Source: Candidatus Omnitrophota bacterium
GTDB taxonomy: Bacteria > Omnitrophota > Gorgyraeia > Gygaellales > Profunditerraquicolaceae
Reading direction: 5' to 3'
NCBI GenBank assembly: GCA_041649115.1
Contig: JBAZNT010000001.1
Span: 12,325 to 76,324 of the forward strand
Length of the DNA: 64,000 bases
Made by a program: the position numbers and the translations under genes. Below, piece after piece: positions 63,251-64,000 of the stretch (position 1 is the first letter of the stretch; the number at the start of each line of letters is the position of its first letter). The notes under the pieces are model-generated. The model searched no databases. It worked only from the letters and a program-made list of their open reading frames with translations, and had not been told where the DNA came from.

Positions 63251-64000
63251 ACACCAAACGTCTAAAGGAAATCATCTCCAAGTTTCACCAGGCGAGGATT
63301 CTCGTAATCGGCGACCTTATACTGGACGAGTATATCTGGGGAGATGTGCAGAGGATTTCCCCCGAGGCCCCCGTCCCGGTGGTCTGGGCTAACAGGAGGA
63401 CATTCGTGCCCGGAGGCGCCGCCAACGTCGCCAATAACATCTCGGCCCTGGACGGCAAGGTATGGTTATTAGGCGTTACCGGCAGCGATAAGAATTCCGC
63501 TATCCTGCGCAGCGAACTGAAGAAAAGAGGGATAAATACCAAGGCTGTATTTACAGAGCCTAAGCGCCACACTACGGTTAAGACCCGTATCGTAGCAGGA
63601 CACCAGCAGATGGTCAGGTTAGATTGGGAGCATACCGATGCCCTTCCCCCTGCCCTAAACCGTAAAATCGCGTCTTTTATTGAAAGTAACATCAAAAGGT
63701 TCGATGCGGTGATTATCGAGGATTACGGTAAAGGCGTGATTAATACCCATCTTCTGCGGGAGCTATCGGATATTTGCCATCGTAATAAAAAGATTATTAC
63801 CGTTGACCCCAAGGAGGAGAATTTTCAGTATTACCGCGGCGTTACCGCCATTACCCCTAACCGCAAGGAACTGGAGAACGCCATCCGCAACCTTAAGATC
63901 AGAGATACTACCAATAGCTTCAAGGTGCATAACGACAAGCTTTTGAGGGATAGCGATATTGAGCTGGCAGCCCGCGAGATAATTAAGTACCTTTGCCTGG
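63247..64000 (+). CDS. hldE: D-glycero-beta-D-manno-heptose-7-phosphate kinase (HldE/RfaE domain I), 3' partial
   Basis: This gene is absent from the ORF track because it runs off the window. My own translation from ATG 63247 gives [46 protein letters not shown]...[16 protein letters not shown], the RfaE kinase signature. The start overlaps the upstream stop. Confidence 0.85.
   Translation, partial: [251 protein letters not shown]

Overview
This is a gene-dense chromosomal window with 61 CDS and 1 tRNA. 58 of the 61 CDS are on the + strand. The host makes LPS (waaA, lpxK, an lpxL-like gene, four GT9 heptosyltransferase domains, an hldE kinase domain), so it is a diderm. I cannot assign the lineage from sequence alone.

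Gene content in order:
- rnfB (5' partial) and purN.
- A divergent ftsH-like/lipoprotein pair facing eno, then ftsB and an initiator tRNA-fMet.
- A TetR-controlled TolC/MFP/RND efflux operon that runs on into an HD-GYP protein, a MarR regulator, a K+ channel, a patatin lipoprotein, a DUF2934 protein and a chagasin-type inhibitor.
- A 1148-aa PAS/GAF-GGDEF-HD-GYP protein.
- A large de novo purine cluster: purB, purS-purS-purL fusion, a LOG-family gene, purQ, purF, purM, an orphan secreted protein, purD, purE.
- A tsaC::LMW-PTP fusion, rpiB, glyA and a dCMP deaminase, then nrdR, a BFN nuclease, a YfcE-like phosphoesterase, cca, nth and a dcd-like gene.
- A small accessory-looking block: macro::Nudix fusion, a secreted orphan, a Ski2-like helicase on the - strand, a DUF3786-like protein and a thermonuclease.
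- aroC, spoVG, aroK, dprA, topA, xerC.
- An LPS core cluster rich in domain fusions, then an arfB-like gene, a DHS-like protein and hldE (3' partial, missing from the ORF track).

No CRISPR array, transposase, prophage or recognisable defence system was seen.

The most unusual signals are non-coding:
1. A family of five ~77-bp nested-hairpin repeats, mostly placed immediately after stop codons. Three of them cluster around the accessory block.
2. A ~380-nt multi-hairpin leader inside the purine operon. It carries five stem-loops that present GGA in the loop, shows compensatory base changes between repeat units, and contains an exact 48-bp tandem duplication.
3. Four palindrome-containing repeats with 23-bp phasing directly upstream of the eno promoter.
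4. A duplicated promoter-plus-operator module for the TetR/efflux locus.
5. An orphan promoter/terminator pair that could be a small RNA or an attenuator.

All protein assignments come from motif recognition by eye, not from database searches.
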